Shown here piece after piece: positions 49,564 to 61,898 of a stretch of DNA of 64,000 nucleotides. This DNA is from Antedon mediterranea (taxonomy: Eukaryota > Animalia > Echinodermata): assembly GCF_964355755.1 (NCBI RefSeq), contig NC_092675.1, forward strand, positions 2,165,812-2,229,811, in the 5' to 3' direction. The notes under the pieces were generated by a model that ran no database searches, was not told the origin of the DNA, and was given only the letters and a program-made list of their open reading frames with translations. The stretch's first letter is position 1, and each line of letters opens with the position of its first letter. The position numbers were made by a program, and so were the translations under genes.

Positions 49564-51089
49564 AAGAAAGACATTTATCTATAAAAAGTTAACAACAATA
49601 ATAAATATGAATATTTGTATTGCTTGAGTTTTTGTTGACTTTTCTTTCTATATTATTGATTTCCCGTTGTAAAATTATAAATATGCACTTTACGCATTTA
49701 TTATTAGCAACACCTCAATGATAATTGACTAAACCTTGACACAAGAACGTAAGTCTATCTTTCTCTGCTTTGAACCATCCATCTACAGTACAACACGTAC
49801 TGTAGGCCTAGACCGACATTGTCCCCTATGTGTGTGCCATATGCCAACAGACAATCCCCATGGGAAGGCATGTCTGTCATTAGCAACAGCCTAGATTTTG
49901 CCTATCATCTCATCAGCAGATCTAATAAAAACAACCCTTCGTTGAACAACTTCAAGAATCGACACCAATCAGGGTATTGAGAAGACAAAGGTCAAGTCGA
50001 ATTGAAGAACTAAAACATTGAAATCTGGATTACATCAGGGTAATTTTCTTGGAAGCAATCAGTTGTGGCAGGTAGGGGGAAAGAATGCACTTTTAGTAGA
50101 CATTCTGTCAACAACCCCTCTTCTTGCTTGTTGACATCTGTGGACAAATGACGTTGTGGATAAACCGTAAAAATGCATCAAGAGTCAACAATTTTCAAAA
50201 TCAGAACAATTATTTTCGTAATTTTATTAAATTAAAATGAATTAATTTTATCAAATTAAAAAGAACATCCCGCCATTCGTAGCATTTCATTTGTGTGCGG
50301 TGCAAATCGATTACTAGAAATAAAATCCTGGACATTTAAGATTTTCCACAAAAAAAATGCACCAAGGTATTTTTAGAATGTGTGTGCGTTATTGCGTTGT
50401 CATCATCATACTCATGTTTTGTATTTTAAAAAACATGAATATTTATCGAAATAAGCTATCCTCTCCTTCATCCTACGATAGTGACGGAAATATTAGGTCG
50501 TACCCAATTTATTCGTATTTTGTTCAATCAAATCCAAAGTATGTTGAATAATGAATGTTTATGAATGAAAATACAGAAAGTAAAGTAGCGGATGTTCCAT
50601 TGGAGTTTTTAAAGTCCCATTGTGTGACACCGTTTTCGTATGTTCAAGTCAGAATTTTAATCCAACAAGTATGCCTACTATGTGCTACGTTTCTGTGTTT
50701 GTCTGTAAACATGAAATAGGTACTATAGGTAATTTGACAGCCAGTAAGGAGGCTAGGTGGAAGAAGAGGTAATTTACAAGAAACACACACAATCACGTCT
50801 GATTACTCAAACTCGCCTGTAAAAGTTGATAACAAGCATTGTGATCATCAGATAAGAATGACACAACATTCACTGATTAATGTCAAATAACATTTGTCAC
50901 ACAACATTTGTCACATTTTTATAACCAATCAGACATGTTAATATGTCCGCTAGAATTGTTAATGCAGATTTAGAGGTAAAATGGCGAAATCAGGAGTGTG
51001 ATCATGATACTGATTAAGATTAAGATTATCTGATAAAACTTCTAGAAAGTAGGAAGCCTTTTGCCACCCCCCCCCCCCCCCCCCACTAA

Positions 51090-51183
51090 AGCGTGGTTCC
51101 CACTAGCGACGCAACACAAGGACGTAACGCAACGCAAGTGAATTTACCAATCACAAGCGATGGCTTATTCGCTTGTGATTGCT
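51090..51183. mobile_element. Half copy of MITE family A
   Basis: agcgtggttcccactagcgacgcaac...gcttgtgattgct, after which similarity stops. Confidence 0.85.
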
Positions 51184-51407
51184 GCAACTGGACTGTTGAT
51201 AATGTATAACATATGAATGTATAAACACCATTATCTAACTTACCGCACAAGATAGGCTTATAATCGAGGACCAATTGTGGTTTTCGTGACTGCTTCCCAC
51301 ATGGACCATTTTACATTCTCATAATCAATCAATATCAATCAATCAACAACATTTATTTAGAAACAGTTCATAAAATAAAAACAGCATACATTAATTACAA
51401 TAACTTA

Positions 51408-51586
51408 AGATTGGTTCCCACTAGAACGTAACGCAAGGACGTAAACGCAACGCAAACGTTTTAACCAATGACAAGCGAAGTTATAGACAGTTAGCAATCA
51501 CAAGCGAATAAGCCATCGCTTGTGATTGGTCAATTCACTTGCGTTGCGTTACGTCCTTGTGTTGCGTCGCTAGTGGGAACCACGCT
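51408..51586. mobile_element. MITE family A full copy (179 bp)
   Basis: agattggttcccactag ... ctagtgggaaccacgct; flanks tta/taa; retains the intact internal gacagTTAgcaatc. Confidence 0.9.
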
Positions 51587-52166
51587 TAACAAATTGGGAA
51601 CATTAAATAAGAACTGTTTCAGGGATCAGAAAAAGAAGTAAAAGAACTTGTCAAATACCATCATCTGTGTGGCTTAGAGATTTCACTGCCGTGCGGCTCA
51701 TACAGGTTGCTCTGCATAGTTCTACTTGTACATCGTAAATATAACCAGCAGCTAAACATCTTTTCTGAAGGATGAGGCAGCCGATATAGCAAATAAGCTC
51801 ATAAGAAGACAATGTGAATTTTTCAATTTATTGTATCTTATCAAATTGTGTTCTTTTAAAATTTAGAAAAAATACTAAATATCAAAATATTTCACAAAAA
51901 TCACTTTATTTTTTTATTTATAATTCTATATTTATATGTCATTATGCAATATTTATTTTTATTAAAATTACAATATGAAGGTCTCGCATTTTGTCATTAA
52001 TTAATAACAGGACGTACAAATGATTATTTATTTATTCATAACGGAAGACAAACCTATATCATACTGTGTTTATACTAAAAATCACAGCATGCAAATCATC
52101 ACATTTTAATCAATTAAAAAATAAATGAAAACATAAATATATGGGGAAGAGAGAGAGAGAGAGAGA

Positions 52167-52191
52167 GAGAGAAGGGGGGGGGGGGCGGGGG
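52167..52191. repeat. (GA)n microsatellite followed by a poly-G tract
   Basis: agagagagag... run, then ggggggggggg. Confidence 0.85.
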
Positions 52192-52313
52192 AAGTGTGGG
52201 GAGAGAGAGGCGGACACTGATGTAATGAACTAATACCCATGAAATATTACACAATTTATACAATATGTTTTGGGCCTTCATAATTATAATCCCTTGATTA
52301 GTCTCTCAACTAA

Positions 52314-52463
52314 AGCTCTGTCTACACTATAACACTTTTTTGACAAAAACAAAGTGTGATGTGCCCAAATATGGTAGTAGGCCTAATATGACGTCATCGT
52401 GTTCATTATTATGAGCACATTACATTTTGTTGTCACATAAAGTTTGATAGTGTAGACAGTGCT
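52314..52463. mobile_element. MITE family B full copy
   Basis: agctctgtctacactata ... agtttgatagtgtagacagtgct. Confidence 0.8.
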
Positions 52464-54149
52464 TTACAATTGTCATTTTATGTATCTCTTCCCGATCTTG
52501 TATCTTGTGTACTTTTAAAAGGTTGAATATTCTCTCCATCTTCTTTATATTATTGCTTATATTAAATTGGGACTTGGTGTTGTTTTCCTTGATATAATCA
52601 TTGACAATTTATCTACTTATTTTTACATATCTCTTCCCGATTTTGATGGTATTTTTCAATTCATTGAATTGAATAACACTTGACGTATTCTTTTATTCCA
52701 TTTTTTGTAGGGGCTTTAATATCCTCCATGTTAATATTTTAGGGTGTCAACTACATTTCTTGGTAATCAATGACAGTTAATCCAACAACTCCCTGGTTAA
52801 TCTAATTATTAATTTACTGTATTGGTTTCAAACACTCAAAACAAACATTGATATTTACTGGTACCGTAACATACGGGTTCTCTGGAAACAGTCAATTACA
52901 ATCAATGTGACCTGACTATTTGGGGAAAAAACCCACAAAAGTACAGAATAGGTTCATGGTAGTTGAGGGTGATTCATATACAAAAAAAACCTAGGTAACT
53001 TTGATTCGAAGAGGGTATGTGTAAGATTAGAGGCTGGATCAATTAAGTCGTTACGTGATTAATTAAGTTAGTTCCAAGTAATTAATTAAGTAATTAGAAC
53101 TACTTGCACACACACTTATACATACTTTGAAATGAATGAAATATAAAGCAAAACAAAATGTGTTGGCTTCTACATTTCGACATCGTAAGTCATTCTAACA
53201 TTTGAGGAGGAAGTTCTCGATTTTACTGCCAGCAGTTTTAGACAACATTGGAAAAAAGGCTAACAATCGAAGTATACTCAGAAGCTACCGGTATATGGTT
53301 TAATACTAACTTAAGCAAGCAACCACGGAGGAAACAATTTGATTAAAGAAATAACATATAAGAAGACAAATATTACTGATTTTTTTGTATTTAATTATGA
53401 TATGAAAGAAAGTGGTGGTTCACGTCACAAAAGAGAAAAACAACTTAAGCAATACGGCATAATGGTATGGGATATCGGACTAACATGTGAGGCATGGGTT
53501 TGAGACATGTCTGTCCCATATTGCTTGTATCCTTAAAGGCACGATAGTCTGATCTCCTTCAAATAGAACAATTTACAAAACGTCAACAATTAAAAAATAA
53601 TGATAATTTCATGATTTTAATGTTTTTCAATGGTATATAACAATACATTAAAATTAATTAATTAATTATTAAATATTAATATGTTCGATATTCCTTCAAG
53701 GTTTTAATAAAGTATATAAGAATTTTTTCCTGCACTGTTAAAAACTCATTTACCCTATTTGGGTACAGTATACTGTATTTGAAATTGTTTGTCCAATTGT
53801 TAGCCTCATTGTCCAATGAAATCCGAGGAGTAACATTTGAAGTGGTTACTGTTGCTTCAAAGAAAAACAATCAAGATGATATATGTAATTTGTGACACTC
53901 TTTATCTGATTGTGACTCACGGGTATTACCATGCAATATTTTTTAATGACCTTAGCCTTTATATGTAATGATGATATAATAAGAGAAATATGACTAAATT
54001 GTTTATAGCCAACTCCTAGGCATTCATTGTAAGGTAGGTCCAGAGTTAATTATGTGTACTCTTTGTACATGCATGTTTCATATTTCACAAATTAATTTAT
54101 TTATTTTATATAGATTGCTGAACATTGCCATTGATTAGGTTTGTTCTTA

Positions 54150-54306
54150 AACTCTGTCTGCACTATCAAAATATTTGGACAAAGTTTGATGTGCCCATAT
54201 AGGGTAGTGATGTTCCTAAATATGGTAGTAATATGACATCATCGTGTCCATATACAGGCGCATCGCATTTTTTGTCACCATAAAGTTTGATAGTGTAGAC
54301 AGAGCT
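54150..54306. mobile_element. MITE family B full copy, abutting a second small TIR element (54310-54404)
   Basis: aactctgtctgcactatcaaa ... agtttgatagtgtagacagagct|tta|tactcgattcacacgtac ... gtacatgtgaatcgggca|tta. Confidence 0.8.
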
Positions 54307-54608
54307 TTATACTCGATTCACACGTACGTAGTACATAATTAATACGTAACAAAGTATAAACATGTGAAGAACAATTTGATTGTGTAGTACATGTGAATCG
54401 GGCATTACAAGTCAATGGTAATAATATGATGGCAAAACCAACATCCATTTACAGTATAGAACCCCTATTAAGGGGGAGGGGGGTACCTTGGAAATCTAAA
54501 TAAGTGGGGTCCTGAATAGGGGTTGTAGTGTAATTCAACAAGGAAATCTAACAACAGGACACTGAGCTCGCCTTGCCAAGATAGGGATTCGTAACAGTCC
54601 TTTTATCT

Positions 54609-54719
54609 TATGTCTGGCTGCGACAAATACCAATAATACACTGTACTATATGTACATATCTTCACGGCGCACGGTGAATGTTAAGGAGCTTGGAACTGAT
54701 CTTGTCGCAGCCACATATA
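54609..54719. mobile_element. Small TIR element
   Basis: tatgtctggctgcgacaa ... ttgtcgcagccacatata inverted termini. Confidence 0.5.
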
Positions 54720-55584
54720 AACCTTTTGATCTCCGGAGCTCAGCATCCTATTAAAACAACTATCTCCCTTGTTTGTTTCATGGAAAAGTGTCTAATGAGT
54801 GTCCCAAAGGAGCCTTCTAATGTAATGTACAGTAGGCTATTTATAGTTGTGTTTAAAAAGACAATAAAAATAGAGTTTGAAACACAATTGCTTACATAGA
54901 TTTATTTATATACAAACTTTAAAAACAGACATTGTTTGCCCGAAAGAAGCATTGTAATATTTTTCTCCATTAAATAATAATAATATTCTAATAATTTTAC
55001 ACTATGTAAATCACTGCTTTTATGTAAGCAATAAAACAATAAATATACAATTTGTACAAGCATATCACTCCATACATCTGCTCTATGTTTTTTAACTTTT
55101 TTAATGAAGGATCCCAACATAAATATATTACAATACTACATTTTTATTTTTTTATATAATAAATATTGTTGGTAAGTAATTTGAAATGACAAACATGTGT
55201 AAATTTAATAATTTAACAAGATCATAATATGGAAAACGTTATGAGACCCTGAGCTAGTGTATACATAAGGGGATATGGTAATTGGATACATGTACCGTAA
55301 ATCATTAAAAAAAAATCCAAAGCAAAAAAAAAAAAAAAGCAGTAAGTATGTACTGTACATTGTCAAAGGGAAGTACAAGCAATAATGTATGTATACCGAC
55401 TAATGATCACAAATATTAATCATTAAAATTTAGCTATTTAGGCTACGGTAAGATCCCTTCGTCACCCAACAAATGAGCTTAGGCTAGGGGTTTCCTATAA
55501 ATAGGGGTTGGTCATAGTCTTCAAGAATATTATTGGCAATTGTTCATTTCACAGAAAGTTGTCACTGTAATAGAGGTGCCCTTG

Positions 55585-55684
55585 AATAGGGGTAACCTTT
55601 AAAATAGGGGTGACCTTTAAAATAGGAGTGACCTTTAAAATAGGAGTGACCTTTAAAATAGGGGTGACCTTTAAAATAGGGGTG
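55585..55684. repeat. 18-bp minisatellite (aatagg[g/a]gtgacctttaa) x5.5 inside a degenerate Tc1/pogo-like element ending ...actgta
   Basis: Units read directly at 55585, 55603, 55621, 55639, 55657, 55675. Confidence 0.85.
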
Positions 55685-55822
55685 TCCAAAAGTAGGGGCT
55701 TTACTGTATACTGATTTTATGTTCCGTTAATAATTGGAACAAAATCCAAACCAAAGAAATGTATTACCATAAGTACTATGTATATTTTCATGGATAATAC
55801 AAACAGTATATATATCCTCCAT

Positions 55823-55988
55823 TAGACTAGCCCCAAGTCTGTAGTTATTTCACGGCATTCGGTGTTCGTCAGAACCTGAAATTGGGCCTGAAATACACCT
55901 CAAGTAGTATACGTATGAAATGCCATATATATATAATATTTATCTTTTTACTACTATTAAGTCAAAACTCCGTCTGGAACCCAGACTA
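55823..55988. mobile_element. Second copy of the hairpin-ended 9-bp-TSD element
   Basis: atcctccat|tagactagccccaagtct ... gtctggaacccagacta|attctccat; the last ~85 bp are nearly identical to 32173-32260. Confidence 0.75.
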
Positions 55989-57622
55989 ATTCTCCATGAT
56001 ATACAGTATATGTAGACCCGGTGTATACAAACAAAATATTACAAATAAAATTTGAGTTATATTGATTAACAACATTGAATAAAGTCCCAATAAATAACCT
56101 GCTCATTTTCTGGGTGTAGGGGGTATTCATATATCAAGGTGCATTGAAGTATAGCAGTTTATCAATTCAGTGTATATTTAAAGGTAAATATACATTAAAA
56201 CTAATCCAAGGATGAATTTTCTACTACCATAGACTTATAAATAATACCGCCCTCTATTGCTAAAATTACTATTTTAAAAAAAACAGATTCTTCAAAATGA
56301 GAACAAATTGTTTTCAATCAATCATATTATTGTAACTTAATATCATAATATTGTTACACTGTAAAACATTATCCTATTTTATTAGTTACATATGTATTTA
56401 AATGGTGACATTTCAAAACCCCTGCTCTTTCAATCATAATAGTATTGCTCACTTTAATCTATCATTTCATAGAGGTAGTGTAAATAATCTGTACATTTTT
56501 CATTTTGAGTATGTTTTAACATTTTAAAATGAAGATATTTTAAACATATTAGAATGTTTGCTAAATTAACAATAATAATAAATTTATAAAGATAGTGAAT
56601 CATACGCATTTAAATATGTCATATTCATTTTTTTTATTGTAATTTAATGAGTGCATTTGAAGAAGTATGTATTTTGATATTACAGATGTTTATTTTGAAC
56701 TCTATAAATGCATGGGACTACGGAAACTACATGTGTATTACTATAAAGGTAGGCTTATATCAACCTGTAGCTGAAAGCACCTCAACTGAACTGACAGTGG
56801 TGGTGTAACTTCTACGAGCGATCACTGGCTAAACCCAGGGGGCGCCAGAGCTTAAGGAAGCAGCCCTAATGCAACTACCCATTTGGAAAGCCCCTTTGGA
56901 GTGCTTTTCCCTGCATTACTGCATTTTTTTGAGGGATAGAATATCATGATTTCCGGACATTTTTTATTGTCAATTGTTAAAGTTACGGGGATCAACAGAG
57001 TTGTAATGCCAAATGGAGATCGTAAAAAGAGCTGACTTAAAGGGACTAATGCTAGAGCACTTGAGCCAACTTTCAAACAACAGAAGAGAAATGATCCAAT
57101 GTGATGGTTCGATTATCTATGCGCTATATAAGCCTCAATAAATATACTACATGTGTGATGCAATTCAAGGTTTTGAGTTATAATCTGCATTTCACTTTGG
57201 GAAAACAAACACAGAAATACAGTTTGTTACTCAACGCACATCAAAACAGTTGAGTTGGTTTAAGTTCCTAGTGGACATAAGCCTACATTTAAAGAAATAC
57301 ATTTATGATGCTATAATACTATTGTTCTTGGTCTCTATATACGTATGTCTCTACAAAGGTGATTCAAATCAAAGTCAAAGATAATTGATATAATGTTATG
57401 TAACCAATATTCTATTGTGCAATAGACGTTGTGTGGGGCCTGTTTGGTTTGGCGTTCCATACTCCATCCAAATCAGCCAACCTACTGTAGTAGGTCTGCT
57501 TGCATAGTTGACAACCTGTGAATAGTTAACGCTAGTTCCAACATCAGGCCTTATTTATTACAACACACTGGCTTTCCAAACTTGTTTGAAGCATCTTCTC
57601 ATAACAATAACGGCAAGCTAAT

Positions 57623-58084
57623 TTAATTACAAATATGTAATTCTTGTTCACGTTCGCACATGTCACATTCTACTTTGCAGCACCACAGAAAGCGACAATG
57701 ACAACTTTCCTGTACTGTTTGCACCATTGTTTGATAGCCACGGTCGCAACAAAGTAGTTTGCAACCGTCGATACCTAAACTCGTTTGGTTGCAATAACGT
57801 CCGTGCGTTCCACTCGACCCGTGCCTTTTGCTCTCTTCGCAATAACTCGGCGATTCCTTCAAGTATACGATATCTTCTGGTGATAGTTTCTTGTACCCCT
57901 TTTTGATTGGACGTAATTTTCCTTTTCTACTTGAATATTTTACATATGGCGCTTTTGCATATTTTTCTTTTAGCATACTTGAGATAGTCGGTAATTTTGG
58001 CATTGAATTCCAACAAATTCTTGACGTACATGTTGCGGATACTCCGTGGCATTTGCAACTCAATCCCATATTCTTTTTAATAAT
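57623..58084 (-). CDS. Wnt family ligand, terminal coding exon (most like WntA); upstream exons outside the window
   Basis: Acceptor ttttccag at 58085-86; IIKKNMGLSCKCHGVSATCTSRICW...IVYLKESPSYC...GTHGRYCNQTSLGIDGCKLLCCDRGY...CHCRFLWCCKVECDMC...HICN-stop, with the full Wnt C-terminal cysteine pattern. The subfamily call is from memory only. Confidence 0.92.
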   Translation of the reverse strand: MIKKNMGLSCKCHGVSATCTSRICWNSMPKLPTISSMLKEKYAKAPYVKYSSRKGKLRPIKKGYKKLSPEDIVYLKESPSYCEESKRHGSSGTHGRYCNQTSLGIDGCKLLCCDRGYQTMVQTVQESCHCRFLWCCKVECDMCEREQELHICN

Positions 58085-59689
58085 CTGGAAAAACGAAATA
58101 TCAACATATCAAAATATCTACAGATGAGAATTATAAAATCATTATATATAATATCATATAGACCAAAAGACAAAAAGAAAAACCGAAAACAATGATGGCA
58201 ACAACATTAAAAAGGACACAGAACACGTAAGTAAGACGCGCAATGTCTAACGACGATATATATTATATCAAATTACTGTATATCAGAATTAAGGTTAAAC
58301 CAAGATATGGAGAATACATAATTACTTGATTTATTTAAACATTAAATTAATTAACAGTTATAATACTTGTGTATTGTGTTGGAAAAGTTATTTCTACATT
58401 TACCTGATAGTAGTCAATTATTATATAAAAAGATGTTTTCATTTTTCCAAAAACATTAACTAATAGTAGAACCCTATTCAGGAGACATCTCTATTTTAAG
58501 CGAAATGAACTGGAAAATTCAGTATGGTTTATTACTCTAGCCAACTCCTAATCCTATTGAGGTGACCCCCCCCCCCCCCCTCCTATAAATAAATGGGAAT
58601 GCTGTGTGTGTCCCAAAAAGATGTCAACTTAATACTATTCTATTAATGTAATACATGATCCACCTTTGTATTGTCAACGTGTGCCACTGATCTACAATGC
58701 AAGTTCAGATTATTAAAATAAATAAAACACACAATTATCATAAAATATTGCCATTTCTACTGACATTTTGGCAAAATCTGTATTATACCCAGAGGCTAAA
58801 TAGCCGCAGTAGATATATAAAGTAAAACACCTGTACTCGCTGCTGGGTATCCATGTATGAAGCGCGTCCTGTTACCGTTCATAGCTGTTAGAATATACAG
58901 TAATGTTTATAAACCTGCACTCATCCAACCTATCTATTTCACTTTAGCATGTAAATTAATGCATACAGAATGCTGTTCTCTATTTGTAAGTTTTCTTAAC
59001 AAGTTATAGAGATATCCAAAGTTTAGACCACCCTGTTACAAATATTATTGAAACAAATAAAATACTAATATCTCTGACAGCGACTATTATATGTATTTCG
59101 TGGTATTAATTTTGTGTCATAAAATTAAATTAATTTCTACTTTGATACAATTTTTAAAGAAAATAAATATGATAGGGGTCACGCTTTTTATCTTAATGAA
59201 TATCTAATGTAACCATATGATAACAATCTTTTGTCTTTTTTCTTACAATTTTTTGACCTAGTAATGCAGTAAAGTGACAAAGATACAGTGAAGGAGGAGT
59301 TGATGATGCTGCTATGATCACAGTTCTATTGGTGATGATGATGTCTTGGCAATATTGACGATTATGATGATAGATGAAGATTGAGTTAATACTAGATAAT
59401 ATGGCCGAAGCATTTTTCAATAAGAATATATTTTATGTAAATGAAATAATTTTATTGTTGAAGAAATAAAAGTAGGACGATACCACATAAGACAAGAAAA
59501 AAAGAATATATTTATGAAAACGCTGACGGAAATAAATTTAGTAATATAAAGGAATTATATTTGTTAAAGTTTATGGAGAAGATGTCCAAAAATAAAATAT
59601 CATAGCTTCCTTAAGTAGACCAGCTGCTATCTCTCCGAAAGACATATCTTTGAATTCTCTGCCTGGAGAAGATGGCCATGGACTGTCCA

Positions 59690-59805
59690 TGTGATGTGCA
59701 CAAATATGGACATGATAATGTCATATCACTACCATATCGTTACCATATTTGGGCAAATCACACTTTTTTGGTCAAACTAGTTTGATAGTGTAGACAATTA
59801 AAGCT
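59690..59805. mobile_element. MITE family B partial copy in the Wnt intron
   Basis: Core plus ctagtttgatagtgtagaca right TIR. Confidence 0.7.
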
Positions 59806-60094
59806 TTCAATTCACAAACAAAATTATGAACAATCTCTTAAGAAAACAAATATGATACTTGGGGTTTAGATGGCTCATACCAAGAAACCTGCTGGATAAG
59901 TTTAGTTTAAACATCAAACGTCTCCATGTGCAAAATAATATTAATATTGCTAATCAATTGTAAAATATACACCCAGAGTGGTGTGTGGTATCAACTCATT
60001 ATTTTAAAGTTTAAAGGTCAAATCTGGTCAAGTATATTGTCTTAATTTAAAGAGAATTTTGTCATATGTACAGTACTACTTGAATTAATAGATA

Positions 60095-60930
60095 CCGTAT
60101 ATTTCGGTGTATAAGTCGCACCTGTGTATAAGACGCACCCCCTAACTGAGAGTAAAATATCGGTATTTTTTATATCGTCGATGTATAAGACGCACCTTAT
60201 ATTTCATCAAAACAATGTTTTTTTTAAATTGTAATAAATATTATTGTAATAATATATTTTGTTATATCTACAACGGCGTCCTTTATTTAAGTTTTTTCTT
60301 ACCAAGGCTCGGCCGCGCCCAGCCTCAACAAGTTGTTTCTAACTTGTTATTCATGAATTTTGCACCCGCAGCGCAACATCGAGTGCATGACCGTGTGTGT
60401 AACACGCACGTGTGTGGGCTAGCCTCGCTCGATCATTTCGGGAGGGCGCACGTTTTCACGGACAATCGTATTCGATTAGTATCTATGTATCCGAGAAGTG
60501 TGTACGCTAGGTCCATGCTATAATCACCTGGAGAATATACTAGTCGAATACCGTACAACATGTGGCCGCCAAGAAGGGCTTGTACGGCGATTGGCGATCG
60601 TGCGTATAACTTATAAATAAATACTATTCTAATCGTAAACGTTTAGAAATGAAATTTTATCGGAGCGCCTAAAACATCTCCATAATAAACAAATCTTTTC
60701 ATCATATTTAGTATAACATCACGCTAAAATGCCTTGAAAACTAGGAAGAAGCAGGTTGCCGTTACGTTAGTACACTGTAGCTAGGCCTAGCCTACTCAGG
60801 CCTAGCCAACGAGGTGACGATATGTACACTCTGTGTGGTGAGGCATTTATGTTCGGTGTATAAGACGCACCCTTAATTTAAAGGTCAAATTTGCGTGTCA
60901 AAAGTGCGACTTATACACCGAAATATACGG
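60095..60930. mobile_element. Young non-autonomous Tc1/mariner (pogo/Tigger-type) element, 836 bp, TA TSD
   Basis: Perfect 27-bp TIR ccgtatatttcggtgtataagtcgcac; TA at 60093-94 and 60931-32; subterminal tgtataagacgcacc repeats; CpG-rich interior with no transposase. Confidence 0.9.
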
Positions 60931-61898
60931 TATGCTACAAGTGCATGTGAGCTTTTAGGTTGAGACATGTCTGTAGGCCTACAGGGAGTCAACTTGTGTA
61001 ACAACTTTGTACAAATGTGTTTGTTTTATTACTAGTACCAGAATGTGTAATACACTGATTCTTCTACAGATACATTGCAGAACATGAAGATAATACTAGT
61101 CATATGGTGATGTTGCATACTTTTATATGTGAAAAGGAGATGTTTATGTCCCTATGCTTAATGTCCTCAATCTCCACTGGGGTCGTACAGATATACCACA
61201 GGGGATAAGAGGTGAGAAAACCTAAATACAGTACTATAGTAACTTGTCAGAAAGGGTAAATAGATTAATTCTAGCCCTGAAATCTATTATCGTATTATAA
61301 AAATATGACCTAGTAAATAATACCATATTGGCAAAATGTATGAATGAGAAACTGTTACATTTTTGATAAGTGATATTTATAGTTAATCATGACATTCAGT
61401 CATTGATCACTTCCTGCCATATTGTAACGTCAATTGAAATGGTGATAAACTCTTCAGAAGCCCCTCAACATCGTAGGTAATTGGAAGTTCCTGCTAAATG
61501 CTAAATGGGTGGAGATTATCCCAGAAAACAATGTATTACACTACAGTGCATACAGTAGAGTAATACCATAAACATAAAAACATAAAAATTATTCTTTTTT
61601 TTTAGAAATAAAGGAAATTAAGAAATTGTTCAGGGTTAACTACTCAGAATTACATCAGAAGGAAGTATAAAAAGGACAACAACATGATATACTGTAATTT
61701 AAAAATGAAACGAAATACAGCAAGATGGGAGGGGTCGGATGCAGATCTAGGGGTGTATGTGCTTGGGATGCACACTCCCCATATTTGACAGCTAGAAAAT
61801 AAAATGTTGATATTTTTGTATAATAACATTACTATTATGTTAGTACTTTCAAATCCTTGATCTGCCCCTGAGTATGGTACTAAAGCCTAAGTATTAAT

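Noticed and set aside
54663-54684. Partial resemblance to miR-124
   Set aside because: The seed is mismatched and the sequence lies inside a small TIR element.
60303-60360. Minus-strand EAGR codons followed by a GTAAG donor, mimicking the penultimate Wnt exon (..HNNEAGR)
   Set aside because: There is an in-frame stop just upstream, no LHNN, and it sits inside the pogo-like element.
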